64,000 nucleotides of DNA from the NCBI GenBank assembly GCA_963711875.1, contig CAVQFW010000006.1:227040-291039 (forward strand). The letters run 5' to 3'. Made by a program: the position numbers and the translations under genes. How positions within the stretch are numbered: position 1 is the first letter of the stretch; each line of letters begins with the position of its first letter. The DNA comes from an uncultured Acidobacteriota bacterium (GTDB taxonomy: Bacteria > Acidobacteriota > Terriglobia > Acidiferrales > UBA7541). Shown here piece by piece: positions 9,621-18,907 of this stretch. A model generated the notes under the pieces. It did no database searches. It was not told the DNA's origin and saw only the letters and a program-made list of their open reading frames with translations.

Positions 9621-10268
9621 CTAAGAATTGGGACGGGTATGGTCGCGCGGGGTAAGTGCGCGCTCGGTGTCTGCGAAGAGTTCTCGCAAGGAGCGCACGA
9701 CTACGCGAATCATCACCACAATCGCCACAAGCGCTATCAGCACGGCGACCGCTGCTGCATACGGGTGCTTCGTTGCGACGTAGATCAGGAGCACCACCGC
9801 TGCGTCCTCGCTCAGGCTCAGCGCGATATTTGAAATCGGCTCTGGCGAATGAATCACGGCCGCACGCGCCGCCGTCTTCCCGCCATGCGCCGCCAGCGCG
9901 ATCAGCGATCCAGCCAGAGTGGCCAGCAGTTGCTCCCAAGCCGGCAATTGCGACGTGGCTGCGAACGTAATCAGCGCCGCCACCGGCACGCGAACGAATG
10001 TTTGCAGCGCATTCCACAGGAGATCGAAAACGGGGATTTTGTCGCCGACAAATTCCACCAGAAACAGCGCCACGCAAACGCCAATCACATACCAGCTTTC
10101 GACTGCGCTGAGGGACGGCGGAAGCACCAGGACGCCGGCGTGTGCCAGCACGCCCAGCATCGCCACCGCTGCGTACACGTTTAGTCCCGCCGAAAAACAC
10201 ACCACGACCAGCAAGGCCGTGAGTGTGTTGCCAGTCGGAATAAAAGGTGTGAGTACGAAAGCGTTCAT
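9621..10268 (-). CDS. DUF4126-like membrane protein
   Basis: 215-aa polytopic protein with FVGDKIPVFDLLWNAL, resembling the DUF4126 family as I recall it. Confidence 0.6.
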   Translation of the reverse strand: MNAFVLTPFIPTGNTLTALLVVVCFSAGLNVYAAVAMLGVLAHAGVLVLPPSLSAVESWYVIGVCVALFLVEFVGDKIPVFDLLWNALQTFVRVPVAALITFAATSQLPAWEQLLATLAGSLIALAAHGGKTAARAAVIHSPEPISNIALSLSEDAAVVLLIYVATKHPYAAAVAVLIALVAIVVMIRVVVRSLRELFADTERALTPRDHTRPNS

Positions 10269-10352
10269 TCCACGTCCTGGTTCGCATGGCGAAGAAACGG
10301 GCGGGTTTTGGCCGTCACGCCTGACTTAGCCGCCGCCTGCAGTCGCTCTAGT

Positions 10353-10934
10353 TTACTGGACGTTTATCGATAGCGATACCGTGTGCGAGGCCTGACCCAA
10401 ACTAAACGTGACTCGCGCGTTCGGATCCGAACCCACGGGCGTGCCGGGATTTCCGCCGCCTCCTCCCCCGCTTCCGCCACCGCAGGCGGCGATCGTAAGC
10501 AAAGCGGCAAAGGTGAGCACGCCGAGCGCAAACTGAAGTCCGCGCCGCTCGCGCAAGAATCCAAGAATCCATACAAGCGCGAGCAGTCCGGACACGATCA
10601 CGATCCCAGTCCCGATTCCCGTTGGACCCCAGCGCCGGCTCGGCGCAATGCTCGACGGAGCGGTCGTTGCAACCGTCAACATCACGCTCGCCGAAGTCAT
10701 GGTCGAGCTGAACGTCACGCTAGAAGGCGACACGCTGCAACTGCTCTCGGACGGCAGCCCGGTGCATTGCGGCGCCAGAGTAAACGTCCCGGCCAAACCG
10801 TTCATCGCCGTAAGCGTCAGCGAGGTGCTGCCCGACTGGCCCGGCTTGTTAATTGTGATCGAGGCCGGATTCGCAATTACCGAAAAGTCTGGACCGGGAG
10901 TTACGATTATTGGCGTCACTCCTTGTGTTGGCAC
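10353..10934 (-). CDS. Ig-like plus two-TM C-terminal segment, most likely the frameshifted continuation of the upstream S53 peptidase gene
   Basis: This frame is open upstream to 10975 and reads PDISASFTGDPNYVPTQG. That completes the repeat motif ALP-G---IT/SA-F/Y-GD-NY seen three times in the upstream protein. Confidence 0.6.
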   Translation of the reverse strand: MPTQGVTPIIVTPGPDFSVIANPASITINKPGQSGSTSLTLTAMNGLAGTFTLAPQCTGLPSESSCSVSPSSVTFSSTMTSASVMLTVATTAPSSIAPSRRWGPTGIGTGIVIVSGLLALVWILGFLRERRGLQFALGVLTFAALLTIAACGGGSGGGGGGNPGTPVGSDPNARVTFSLGQASHTVSLSINVQ

Positions 10935-13900
10935 ATAGTTGGGGTCTCCCGTAAAACTTGCGGAAATGTCTGGTCACCGGGCGGCAAGGCACTGGTCACA
11001 CATTGCGCTTGTCCTTGAGTGACCGCGATGGTGCACAGCGGCGTATTCAAGAGATTTGAATTAAATTGAACGGAACCGGCGATGGCAGGCCCTCCGCCTT
11101 GTTGAGGAGTGATACGTGCCGTAAACGTCGCGCTCTGGAACTGCACAATCGTGGCCGCAGAGCCGGTCACCGCAATTTGGACGGGAATCGCGACATCTGT
11201 TGCCACGGCGGCAGAAACAGATGAAGCGTAGTTATTATCGCCGCTAAATTTTGCGGTAATCGAATTGTTGCCGAGAGGCAACGCGCTCGTGCTGGCGATT
11301 CCGCCACCGGTCAGCATGCATGAATTCGGATCGACAGTAGTCTGAACCGGCCCGCTCGCTACCTGCGTGGTCCCCGAGAAGAACGTGACGGTTCCGGTCG
11401 CTGGGTTTCCGCAGCTAATTGCACTGACGGTTGCAGAGAGCGCAACGGAATTACCAAAAACATAGACGTTTGATAGCGGCGGCACAGTGGTCTTTGTCGG
11501 CGCTGTCGTGATCGTGAAATTCGCCGAGGCTACCGGCCCTGCGACGAAGCTGGCATCTCCGCTGTATAGTGCGGTAATCGTATGCGGGCCGGCGGCGAAC
11601 GTAAATATTCCGTTGGGCGTGGCCGTGTTACCGCCTTCGTTCAGGGCAAATGGACTGCCCGCGATGGCGGTGCCGTTGTCTTTCATCGTCACCGTGCCAG
11701 TCGCAATTCCATTGCCCGATTGGCCGGTGACGTCCGCGCGGACGTATACAAAGTCGCCGTAAGGCCCCGATGTGAATGGAATTGGATTGCCATTTGCGTC
11801 GGCGGTGAGGATTTTCACAGCTGTTGTGCTCGGTTCGGGCGAAACCGTTACCTGGATTGGCGGCGTGGAATTGCTTGCTGCAAACGTAGCGTCGCCGGGA
11901 TAGTGCGCCGTCACCGTGTATGTCCCGCCAGGGAGAGCGCCCGTGGTTCCCGCAGCAGTTCCGGTGGTGAGAAGGAAGCTCGCAACGCCCAAGCCCGAAC
12001 TCGTCATCAGCGCCACTTCTCCGGTGGGCGTGCCCGCTCCGGCTGGTGACGGAGCGACGGTGACGTTCACAGTGGCGGTTGCGCCGTGGGTAATCGTGAC
12101 CGGCGACGGCGTCATCGTAAGGGTGGTCGCGCTCCCCTTCGAGCCGGCGACGGCGGTGGTCCATGCGTTCACGAGATTCGTTGCATTCACCGTGCCGAGT
12201 CCCGTCGCGAGATCGTAGCCGGCCGTGGTGGAGAATCCCTTCAGCACGCCGAATTGGTCTGATTGGATATTAGTCAGGCAATCGGGAGTGCTGCCCGTAA
12301 AACAAGGCATCGCGATCGTGCCCTTGGTCACATCGTAGAACACGCAAGTACTCGCCGGAGTCACGCTCGAATTGCATCCGGTCGCGGCCTGCTGTGCGGC
12401 GAGCTTATACAGCACGTAATTCGGATTGCCTTGACGAGCCTGTGTTTTTTGGAGAATCAAAGCCATGATCCCGGCGAAGCTCGGCGCAGAAGCCGAGGTG
12501 CCACCGACCCCAATCACAGTTCCGTTCGGATCATTCGGATCGCAATAGCTCCCATTCGTAATGTCCTTGTCGCACATCACGTAGAAGCTTCCATTGAAAC
12601 CGTCGCTCGCGAGCAACGACACGTCCGGAATATCGCGCTTCCCGTCGTTCGGAACGTTTGTACCCGTCTGCCACGAAGGCTTGGGATATCCGCCGGAGCA
12701 ACTGACGACGTCCTGCCCGTCGCCTGTGGTGCACACGCTTTTCCCGCCGCTCCCGCCGGTGGCGGCAACTGCGAACGAAAGGCTCGCAGCATTGCAATTC
12801 GTCTCGGCAACGACACTCCCTGTCACGACTGACCACTCCGCATTCGTGCAGGAATCGTTCCACGTCGTTTCCGGGATGTATGACTTGGCCGAGGCTTGAT
12901 GCGCGTCATTCGTCGGATTGAAGTACGTCGTCGGATTCGTAAGATCGTCGAAATCAGTGCCGCCCACGGCCACCGTGTAGGGAGTTGACGCGAAACCGCT
13001 GACTTGCAAGCCGAACTGGTCCGGAACGTTGCGGTCGCAGCCAGCAGAACCGCTGTCACCGCTGGAAAGAAAAACGGACATCCCCTGTGCGGCAGCCTGC
13101 TGCCACATCTGATTGAAAAATTGATTGCCGGCAGTACCGAGAGCGGCCTCGCAGATTCCGTAACTTTCACTCACGATCGGCGCGAGATTGTGATCGACGA
13201 TGTACTGCGCGGAGAGGTCCACGCCGAGAGTCGAGTCGGTTGTCGCGGCAACCACAAATTTGATCGTCGCGTTTGGCGCGATCGCACCGGACCACTCCAG
13301 ATCCAGATCCGCTTCGATCTCGTCTCCCTGAACTCCGGGATCAGGTCCGTCGATAATGAACACGGGATCCTTCGGCGCCAGGCCAAACAAGCTCCGAAAC
13401 GATCGCAGATCCTGAATATCAACGTCCGTTTCGCCTACGACGGCAATCGTCTGCCCGGTACCGTCGATCGCGGGCGACGCGGTCCACAGCGGCGTGACAT
13501 TGTAAATCGTCGCGAAATCGTACGGGCCCACACCGAAATAGGTGAGGCCTTGGAAATAATTCGGCAGCGTGAATAGCGGGGTCACCGGCGTGAGCGCGCT
13601 CGAATCTTTGGATCGCTTGAATGTCCCAACCACGTGGTTCATCGCGTGCCGCGGGAAGTTGTGCAACGTAAGCACGCCGGCAACGGCCGGTACGAGCGCG
13701 GTGGGGATCTGAGGATCGCTTGCGTTGGCCCAATGATCGGCATTGTTGACGCTGTATTTGTGAATCTCCGTGTGAAATGCAGACTGCACCTGAGCCGCGG
13801 TGCCGGAGAATTCGATGACCGTGCGGCCATTCGAGACTTTTGCAACCTGGAAGCCTTGGAGCTGCAGCCACGACGTGACGGCCTGGATGTCCTGGTCGGC

Positions 13901-14317
13901 CGGGCCGAATTGCTGGCCGAATTGCTCGGGCGTTAGCCACGCGTGAAAGTTCGACGAGGCTTTGTCCTGTTGCTGGTCGAGCAGCGCGGCGAGCGCCGTC
14001 TCGAGTTCAGGGCTGCGCTTCAGGACTAGGAGCATCCGCTGCATCGGCAGACTTGCCGGGGCGGCGCCTTGGTCATACTTCGGCAGAGCGAGCGGATACT
14101 TGTTGCCGCGAAGTACGGTCAGATTCTTTTCTTCGACGGGCTGCGTAATCATGGCGCGCTTCGCAATCGTCTGGCCCGAGAGGAGGGCGGGAGAAATTGC
14201 GAAAAGCAGCAGAATCATTGGAACGCGCCAGCGAATCGTCTGAGCGAAGCTGTGCAGCGAGCGACCCGAAATTGCGAAGCCACAGCTGCTACGAACGGCT
14301 GAGGTTGCGAGGCCCAT
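10916..14317 (-). CDS. S53 (sedolisin/kumamolisin) family serine peptidase with pro-kumamolisin activation domain and C-terminal Ig-like repeats
   Basis: Signal peptide, then a pro-domain (LLVLKRSPELETALAALLDQQQDKASSNFHAWLTPEQF). Catalytic motifs SGDSGSAGC and GGTSASAPSFAG are present. About 450 aa of Ig-like repeats follow (HTITALYSGDASF, NSITAKFSGDNNY). Confidence 0.85.
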   Translation of the reverse strand: MGLATSAVRSSCGFAISGRSLHSFAQTIRWRVPMILLLFAISPALLSGQTIAKRAMITQPVEEKNLTVLRGNKYPLALPKYDQGAAPASLPMQRMLLVLKRSPELETALAALLDQQQDKASSNFHAWLTPEQFGQQFGPADQDIQAVTSWLQLQGFQVAKVSNGRTVIEFSGTAAQVQSAFHTEIHKYSVNNADHWANASDPQIPTALVPAVAGVLTLHNFPRHAMNHVVGTFKRSKDSSALTPVTPLFTLPNYFQGLTYFGVGPYDFATIYNVTPLWTASPAIDGTGQTIAVVGETDVDIQDLRSFRSLFGLAPKDPVFIIDGPDPGVQGDEIEADLDLEWSGAIAPNATIKFVVAATTDSTLGVDLSAQYIVDHNLAPIVSESYGICEAALGTAGNQFFNQMWQQAAAQGMSVFLSSGDSGSAGCDRNVPDQFGLQVSGFASTPYTVAVGGTDFDDLTNPTTYFNPTNDAHQASAKSYIPETTWNDSCTNAEWSVVTGSVVAETNCNAASLSFAVAATGGSGGKSVCTTGDGQDVVSCSGGYPKPSWQTGTNVPNDGKRDIPDVSLLASDGFNGSFYVMCDKDITNGSYCDPNDPNGTVIGVGGTSASAPSFAGIMALILQKTQARQGNPNYVLYKLAAQQAATGCNSSVTPASTCVFYDVTKGTIAMPCFTGSTPDCLTNIQSDQFGVLKGFSTTAGYDLATGLGTVNATNLVNAWTTAVAGSKGSATTLTMTPSPVTITHGATATVNVTVAPSPAGAGTPTGEVALMTSSGLGVASFLLTTGTAAGTTGALPGGTYTVTAHYPGDATFAASNSTPPIQVTVSPEPSTTAVKILTADANGNPIPFTSGPYGDFVYVRADVTGQSGNGIATGTVTMKDNGTAIAGSPFALNEGGNTATPNGIFTFAAGPHTITALYSGDASFVAGPVASANFTITTAPTKTTVPPLSNVYVFGNSVALSATVSAISCGNPATGTVTFFSGTTQVASGPVQTTVDPNSCMLTGGGIASTSALPLGNNSITAKFSGDNNYASSVSAAVATDVAIPVQIAVTGSAATIVQFQSATFTARITPQQGGGPAIAGSVQFNSNLLNTPLCTIAVTQGQAQCVTSALPPGDQTFPQVLRETPTMCQHKE

Positions 14318-14461
14318 TGTTCACCTGTGTTTGGGAAGTGACCATGACGTTTGGACTATTTACAATAAGTGTATAGGTTAAATCAAGTGTTGAATTAAGT
14401 ATGAAGTGAAAGCGCCACTTTCGCCGCACTTTCGACGGTTCGATGCCCGTTTAGAGGCGTT

Positions 14462-17143
14462 CTAGAGCATCTGGCGGAGGACGTACTGCAGGATGCCTCC
14501 GTGCTGGTAGTAGGCGACTTCGAAAGGGGTGTCCACGCGGGCGATGGCGGTGAAGTGTTTCTCTTTACCGGCGGCGTCCCGTGCGCGAACTTTCATTTTC
14601 TTTCGAGGTTCGAAATTGTGCGCGAGCCCGTCAATCTCGAAAAGTTCGAGGCCCGTAAGGCCGAGGGTTTTGGGGGTTTCTCCGGGCAGAAATTCGAGCG
14701 GCAACACGCCCATGCCGACGAGGTTTGAGCGGTGGATGCGTTCGAAGCTTTCCGCGACGACGGCGCGCACGCCCAGCAGAATCGTTCCCTTGGCGGCCCA
14801 ATCGCGTGAGGAGCCTGAGCCATATTCTTTTCCCGCCAAGATGATGAGCGGCACTTTTTCGTCGCGGTATCGCATTGCCGCGTCGTAGATGCTCATCTTT
14901 TCGCCGCTGGGCTGGTGAATCGTCCAGCCGCCTTCGGTTCCGGGCGCGAGCAGATTCTTCAGGCGAATGTTCGCGAATGTCCCGCGCATCATCACTTCGT
15001 GATTGCCGCGGCGAGCGCCGTAAGAATTGAAATCCATGGGCTGGACGCCGTTCGCGATCAAATATTTTCCGGCCGGGGAGTCCGCGGGGATCGAGCCGGC
15101 CGGAGAGATATGATCGGTAGTGACGCTGTCGCCGAGAACAGCGAGCGCGCGAAGGCCGTGAAGGTCGCCGAGCGCGGAAGGCTTTTTCGGCATGGCTTCG
15201 AAGTACGGCGGATTCTTGATGTATGTGGACTTCGAATCCCAGGCGTAGAGATCGCCCTCGGGAATCGGAAGGGCGCGCCAATGTGCGTCGCCGGTAAAGA
15301 CGTCCGCGTATTCTTTGCGGAACATCTCGCTCGTCACCGACGAGCGCATCGTGTTTTCCACTTCCTGCGGCGTGGGCCAAATTTCGCGCAAGTAGACAGG
15401 TTTACCGGATTTGTCGTTGCCGAGCGGCTCGTTGACGATATCAATGTCCATGCTGCCCGCGAGAGCGTAGGCGACGACGAGCGGCGGTGAAGCGAGATAA
15501 TTCGCGCGGCAAAGAGCGTTGATGCGGCCTTCGAAGTTGCGATTGCCGCTGAGAACGGAGACGGCGACGAGATTATTGTCCTTGATCGCCGCGGCGATTG
15601 AGTCAGGAAGGGGTCCGCTATTGCCGATGCAGGTGGTGCAGCCGTAACCGACGAGATGGAAGCGCAACGTTTCGAGATAAGGCCAGAGGCCGGCTTTTTC
15701 GAGGTAGTCGGTGACGACTTTCGATCCTGGCGCGAAACTTGTCTTCACCCAGGGCTTGGACGTGAGCCCGCGCTCGACGGCCTTTTTTGCGAGAAGTCCA
15801 GCGCCGAGCATGAGCGAAGGGTTCGAAGTGTTCGTACAGCTTGTGATGGCGGCGATGACGACGGAGCCGTCGGCGAGCTCAAATCTGTCGCCGTTATTTC
15901 TCACGCTAACGTGCTTCGGCGCGGCGCCGGCGAGCGATTTTACGAACGATGTCTTTGCCTGCGTGAGCGGAACGCTGTCTTGCGGGCGCTTCGGTCCGGC
16001 CATCGTGGGGACGACCGAGGCGAGATCGAGCTCGAGGCGCTCGGAGAAGATCGGATCGGGCGTCTGATCGGTGCGGAAGAGGCCCTGTTCTTTCGTGTAA
16101 GCCTCGACGAGGCGGACCTGCTCTTCGCCGCGGCTCGTGAAGCGCAGATAAGCGAGAGTTTCGGAATCAACTGGGAAAAAGCCCATCGTCGCGCCGTATT
16201 CAGGCGCCATGTTGGCGATCGTGGCGCGATCGGGAAGCGTGAGGCTCGAAAGGCCGGTGCCGTAGAACTCAACGAATTTTCCGACGACGCCTTTTTTGCG
16301 CAGAATTGCGGTGACAGTAAGGACGAGGTCGGTGGCCGTGGCGCCTTCAGGCAAGCGGCCGTGCAGTTTGAAGCCGACGACGGCTGGAATCAGCATCGAG
16401 AGCGGCTGGCCGAGCATAGCGGCTTCGGCTTCGATGCCGCCCACTCCCCAGCCGAAAACGCCGAGGCCGTTGACCATCGTCGTGTGCGAATCGGTGCCGA
16501 CGAGCGTGTCGGGGAAAGCATACCAGTCGCCGTTTTCCTGTTTTTTGAAAACGACGCGCGCGAGATATTCGAGATTCACCTGGTGGCAGATGCCCGTGTC
16601 GGGCGGAACCACTTTGAAATTCTGAAAACCTTTCTGACCCCAGCGCAGAAATCCGTAGCGCTCGATATTGCGCTTCATTTCGAGATCAGCGTTGAATAGA
16701 AAAGCGTCTGCAGCGCCGAATTTGTCCACTTGCACGGAGTGGTCAATCACGAGTTCGGCGGGAAGCAGCGGATTAATTTTTTTCGGATCGCCGCCGAGGT
16801 GGCGCATCGCGTCACGCATCGCCGCAAGGTCGACAACCGCAGGTACGCCGGTGAAATCCTGGAGCAGCACACGCGCGGGCATGAAGGAAATCTCTTTTTC
16901 GGAGGCGCCGGCGGCACTGGTGGGATCCCAGGTAGCAAGGGCGCGAATATCATCCGCATGGACGAAGCGATCGTCTTCGTGGCGGAGTAGATTTTCGAGA
17001 AGCACTTTGAGCGAGAACGGCAGGCGAGACGATTTGCCCACGCCGGAGCGCTCGAGCGCGTCGAGGCGATAGATCTCGAAAGAGTCGCTGCCTACTTTGA
17101 GTGCGGCGCGGGTAGCGAAAGAATTTTTGTGCCCTGGGCTCAT
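14462..17143 (-). CDS. acnA: Aconitate hydratase A
   Basis: 893 aa. N-terminus [13 protein letters not shown]...[14 protein letters not shown], internal [13 protein letters not shown] and [14 protein letters not shown] (Fe-S ligand regions). Confidence 0.95.
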   Translation of the reverse strand: MSPGHKNSFATRAALKVGSDSFEIYRLDALERSGVGKSSRLPFSLKVLLENLLRHEDDRFVHADDIRALATWDPTSAAGASEKEISFMPARVLLQDFTGVPAVVDLAAMRDAMRHLGGDPKKINPLLPAELVIDHSVQVDKFGAADAFLFNADLEMKRNIERYGFLRWGQKGFQNFKVVPPDTGICHQVNLEYLARVVFKKQENGDWYAFPDTLVGTDSHTTMVNGLGVFGWGVGGIEAEAAMLGQPLSMLIPAVVGFKLHGRLPEGATATDLVLTVTAILRKKGVVGKFVEFYGTGLSSLTLPDRATIANMAPEYGATMGFFPVDSETLAYLRFTSRGEEQVRLVEAYTKEQGLFRTDQTPDPIFSERLELDLASVVPTMAGPKRPQDSVPLTQAKTSFVKSLAGAAPKHVSVRNNGDRFELADGSVVIAAITSCTNTSNPSLMLGAGLLAKKAVERGLTSKPWVKTSFAPGSKVVTDYLEKAGLWPYLETLRFHLVGYGCTTCIGNSGPLPDSIAAAIKDNNLVAVSVLSGNRNFEGRINALCRANYLASPPLVVAYALAGSMDIDIVNEPLGNDKSGKPVYLREIWPTPQEVENTMRSSVTSEMFRKEYADVFTGDAHWRALPIPEGDLYAWDSKSTYIKNPPYFEAMPKKPSALGDLHGLRALAVLGDSVTTDHISPAGSIPADSPAGKYLIANGVQPMDFNSYGARRGNHEVMMRGTFANIRLKNLLAPGTEGGWTIHQPSGEKMSIYDAAMRYRDEKVPLIILAGKEYGSGSSRDWAAKGTILLGVRAVVAESFERIHRSNLVGMGVLPLEFLPGETPKTLGLTGLELFEIDGLAHNFEPRKKMKVRARDAAGKEKHFTAIARVDTPFEVAYYQHGGILQYVLRQML

Positions 17144-17417
17144 GCTTGGTTGAAGTCTCCTCTGTCGGTAACAGAATATTGTAACGCAGGCCCGGCGCGA
17201 AGCACTCGGGAATCGTGAATTGCCGTGAGTTTCGAATACGGAATGCCGACCAGGAGGTGAGCCGCTCGCAGCGGCTACCGTGCCGGGAGTTGGGGAAAGC
17301 GTGACATAATTTCATCATTGATTTGACGGGGGACATGGCGGGGAACGTGGCAAGGAACAAGGCGGTGAAGATGTTGTGGCGCGGGAGATAGCGAAGGCGC
17401 CTGAGACACGCGACACG

Positions 17418-18881
17418 ATGAACATATTGCTTATTTCCACTTACGAGTTAGGCCGGCAGCCCTTCGGGTTGGCGTCGCCGGCGGCTTGGCTCCGCTCAGG
17501 CGGGGCGGCGGTGACGTGTGTGGATTTGTCCCGCGAAATGCTGGACGAAGCATCTGTGCGCGCCGCGGAATTAATTGGGTTCTACGTGCCGATGCATACG
17601 GCGACGCGGCTGGCGGTGGCGCTCTTGCCCGCGATTCGAGCGCTGAACGCTCGGGCACATTTGTGCTTTTACGGTTTGTACGCGCCGGTGAATGAGACGT
17701 ATCTGCGAGCACTCGGCGTCGAGACAATTCTGGGCGGCGAGTTTGAGGAGGGACTGCGTTCGCTGGCGGAGCGGCTGCGCGCGAAAAATCCCGGCGCGAA
17801 AGGCGGAGCGGCGGCGAAGACGGAACAGCGGGAGCCGGTGATTTCACTCGAGCGGCAGAAATTTCTGACGCCCGATCGCAGCGGGATGGTCGGGCTCGAG
17901 AAATATGCGCGACTGGTTATGCCCGGGGGTGAGACGCGGACGGTTGGCTACACGGAAGCGAGCCGCGGGTGCAAGCATCTTTGCCGGCATTGTCCGATCG
18001 TTCCGGTTTATAAGGGCGTCTTTCGCATCGTGGATCGCGACGCCGTGCTCGCGGATATCCGGCAGCAGGTTCGAGCGGGAGCGCAACACATCACGTTCGG
18101 CGATCCGGATTTTTTCAACGGGGTGGGGCACGCGATTCCGCTCGTTGAATCGCTGCACCGCGAATTTCCGGAGCTGACGTACGACGCGACGATCAAGGTG
18201 GAGCATCTCTTGAAGCACAGGGATTGCGTCGCGAAGTTGCGCGCGACAGGCTGCTTGTTTGTGACGACCGCGGTTGAGAGCGTGGACGACGCCGTGCTTC
18301 AAAAGTTCGAAAAAAATCACACGCGGGCGGACTTTCTGCGAGTGGTGGAATTGTTTCGCGAAGCGGGCCTGACGCTTCAACCGACGTTTGTGCCGTTTAC
18401 TCCCTGGACCGCGCTCGAAGGATATTGCGAATTGCTCGAAGTGTTGCGGGAGCAGGAACTGGTCGAAAGTGTGGCGCCGATTCAGCTCGCGATTCGGTTG
18501 CTGATTCCGGCCGGGTCCCGGCTGCTCGAACTCGAAGAGCTCCGCCGCGGCGCCGAGCCGTTTGACGAAGCGGCGCTCGTGTATCCATGGAAGAACGCCG
18601 ATCCGCGAGTGGATCGTTTGTGCGACGAGGTGCAGGCGATCGTTCACTTGGGAGAAAAAGTGGGACGCGAGCGCGCGCGAATTTTTGAGCGGGTGGAGGA
18701 CGCGGCGTTTTCGGCGGCAGGCGGAGCAATCACGCGCAGCGCTTTGCCCGCACTTGTGGCGCGAGCCGCGATCCCGTATTTGAATGAGCCTTGGTATTGT
18801 TGAGCGGAACCTTCCGGGGACCAGTTGGTTCCCATCGTAGAGGCGAGAAAGAAGTTGCGGCAGGCGGACACCTTCGTTTAA
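17418..18881 (+). CDS. CUAEP-tail radical SAM protein, probable selenoprotein (TGA 18801-18803 read as Sec)
   Basis: Starts MNILLISTYELGRQPFG (ATG 17418) and carries the CX3CX2C motif SRGCKHLCRHCP. The C-terminus reads EPWY-C-TGA-A-E-P, and the frame stays open 25 codons past the TGA to TAA 18879-18881. Confidence 0.7.
18806..18832 (+). other. Candidate bacterial SECIS stem-loop
   Basis: GGAACC (18806-18811) pairs with GGTTCC (18827-18832). The 15-nt G-rich loop region starts 2 nt after the in-frame TGA. Confidence 0.4.
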
Positions 18882-18907
18882 TGCGATCGAAACCACAGTG
18901 AGCGCTG

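Noticed and set aside
17336-17392. 18-codon sORF (MAGNVARNKAVKMLWRGR) upstream of the radical SAM gene as a possible precursor peptide
   Set aside because: No properly spaced RBS, very short, and no Cys/Ser/Thr-rich core. It cannot be supported from sequence alone.
17844-18896. 350-aa minus-strand ORF
   Set aside because: Antisense to the radical SAM gene, which carries the CX3CX2C motif.
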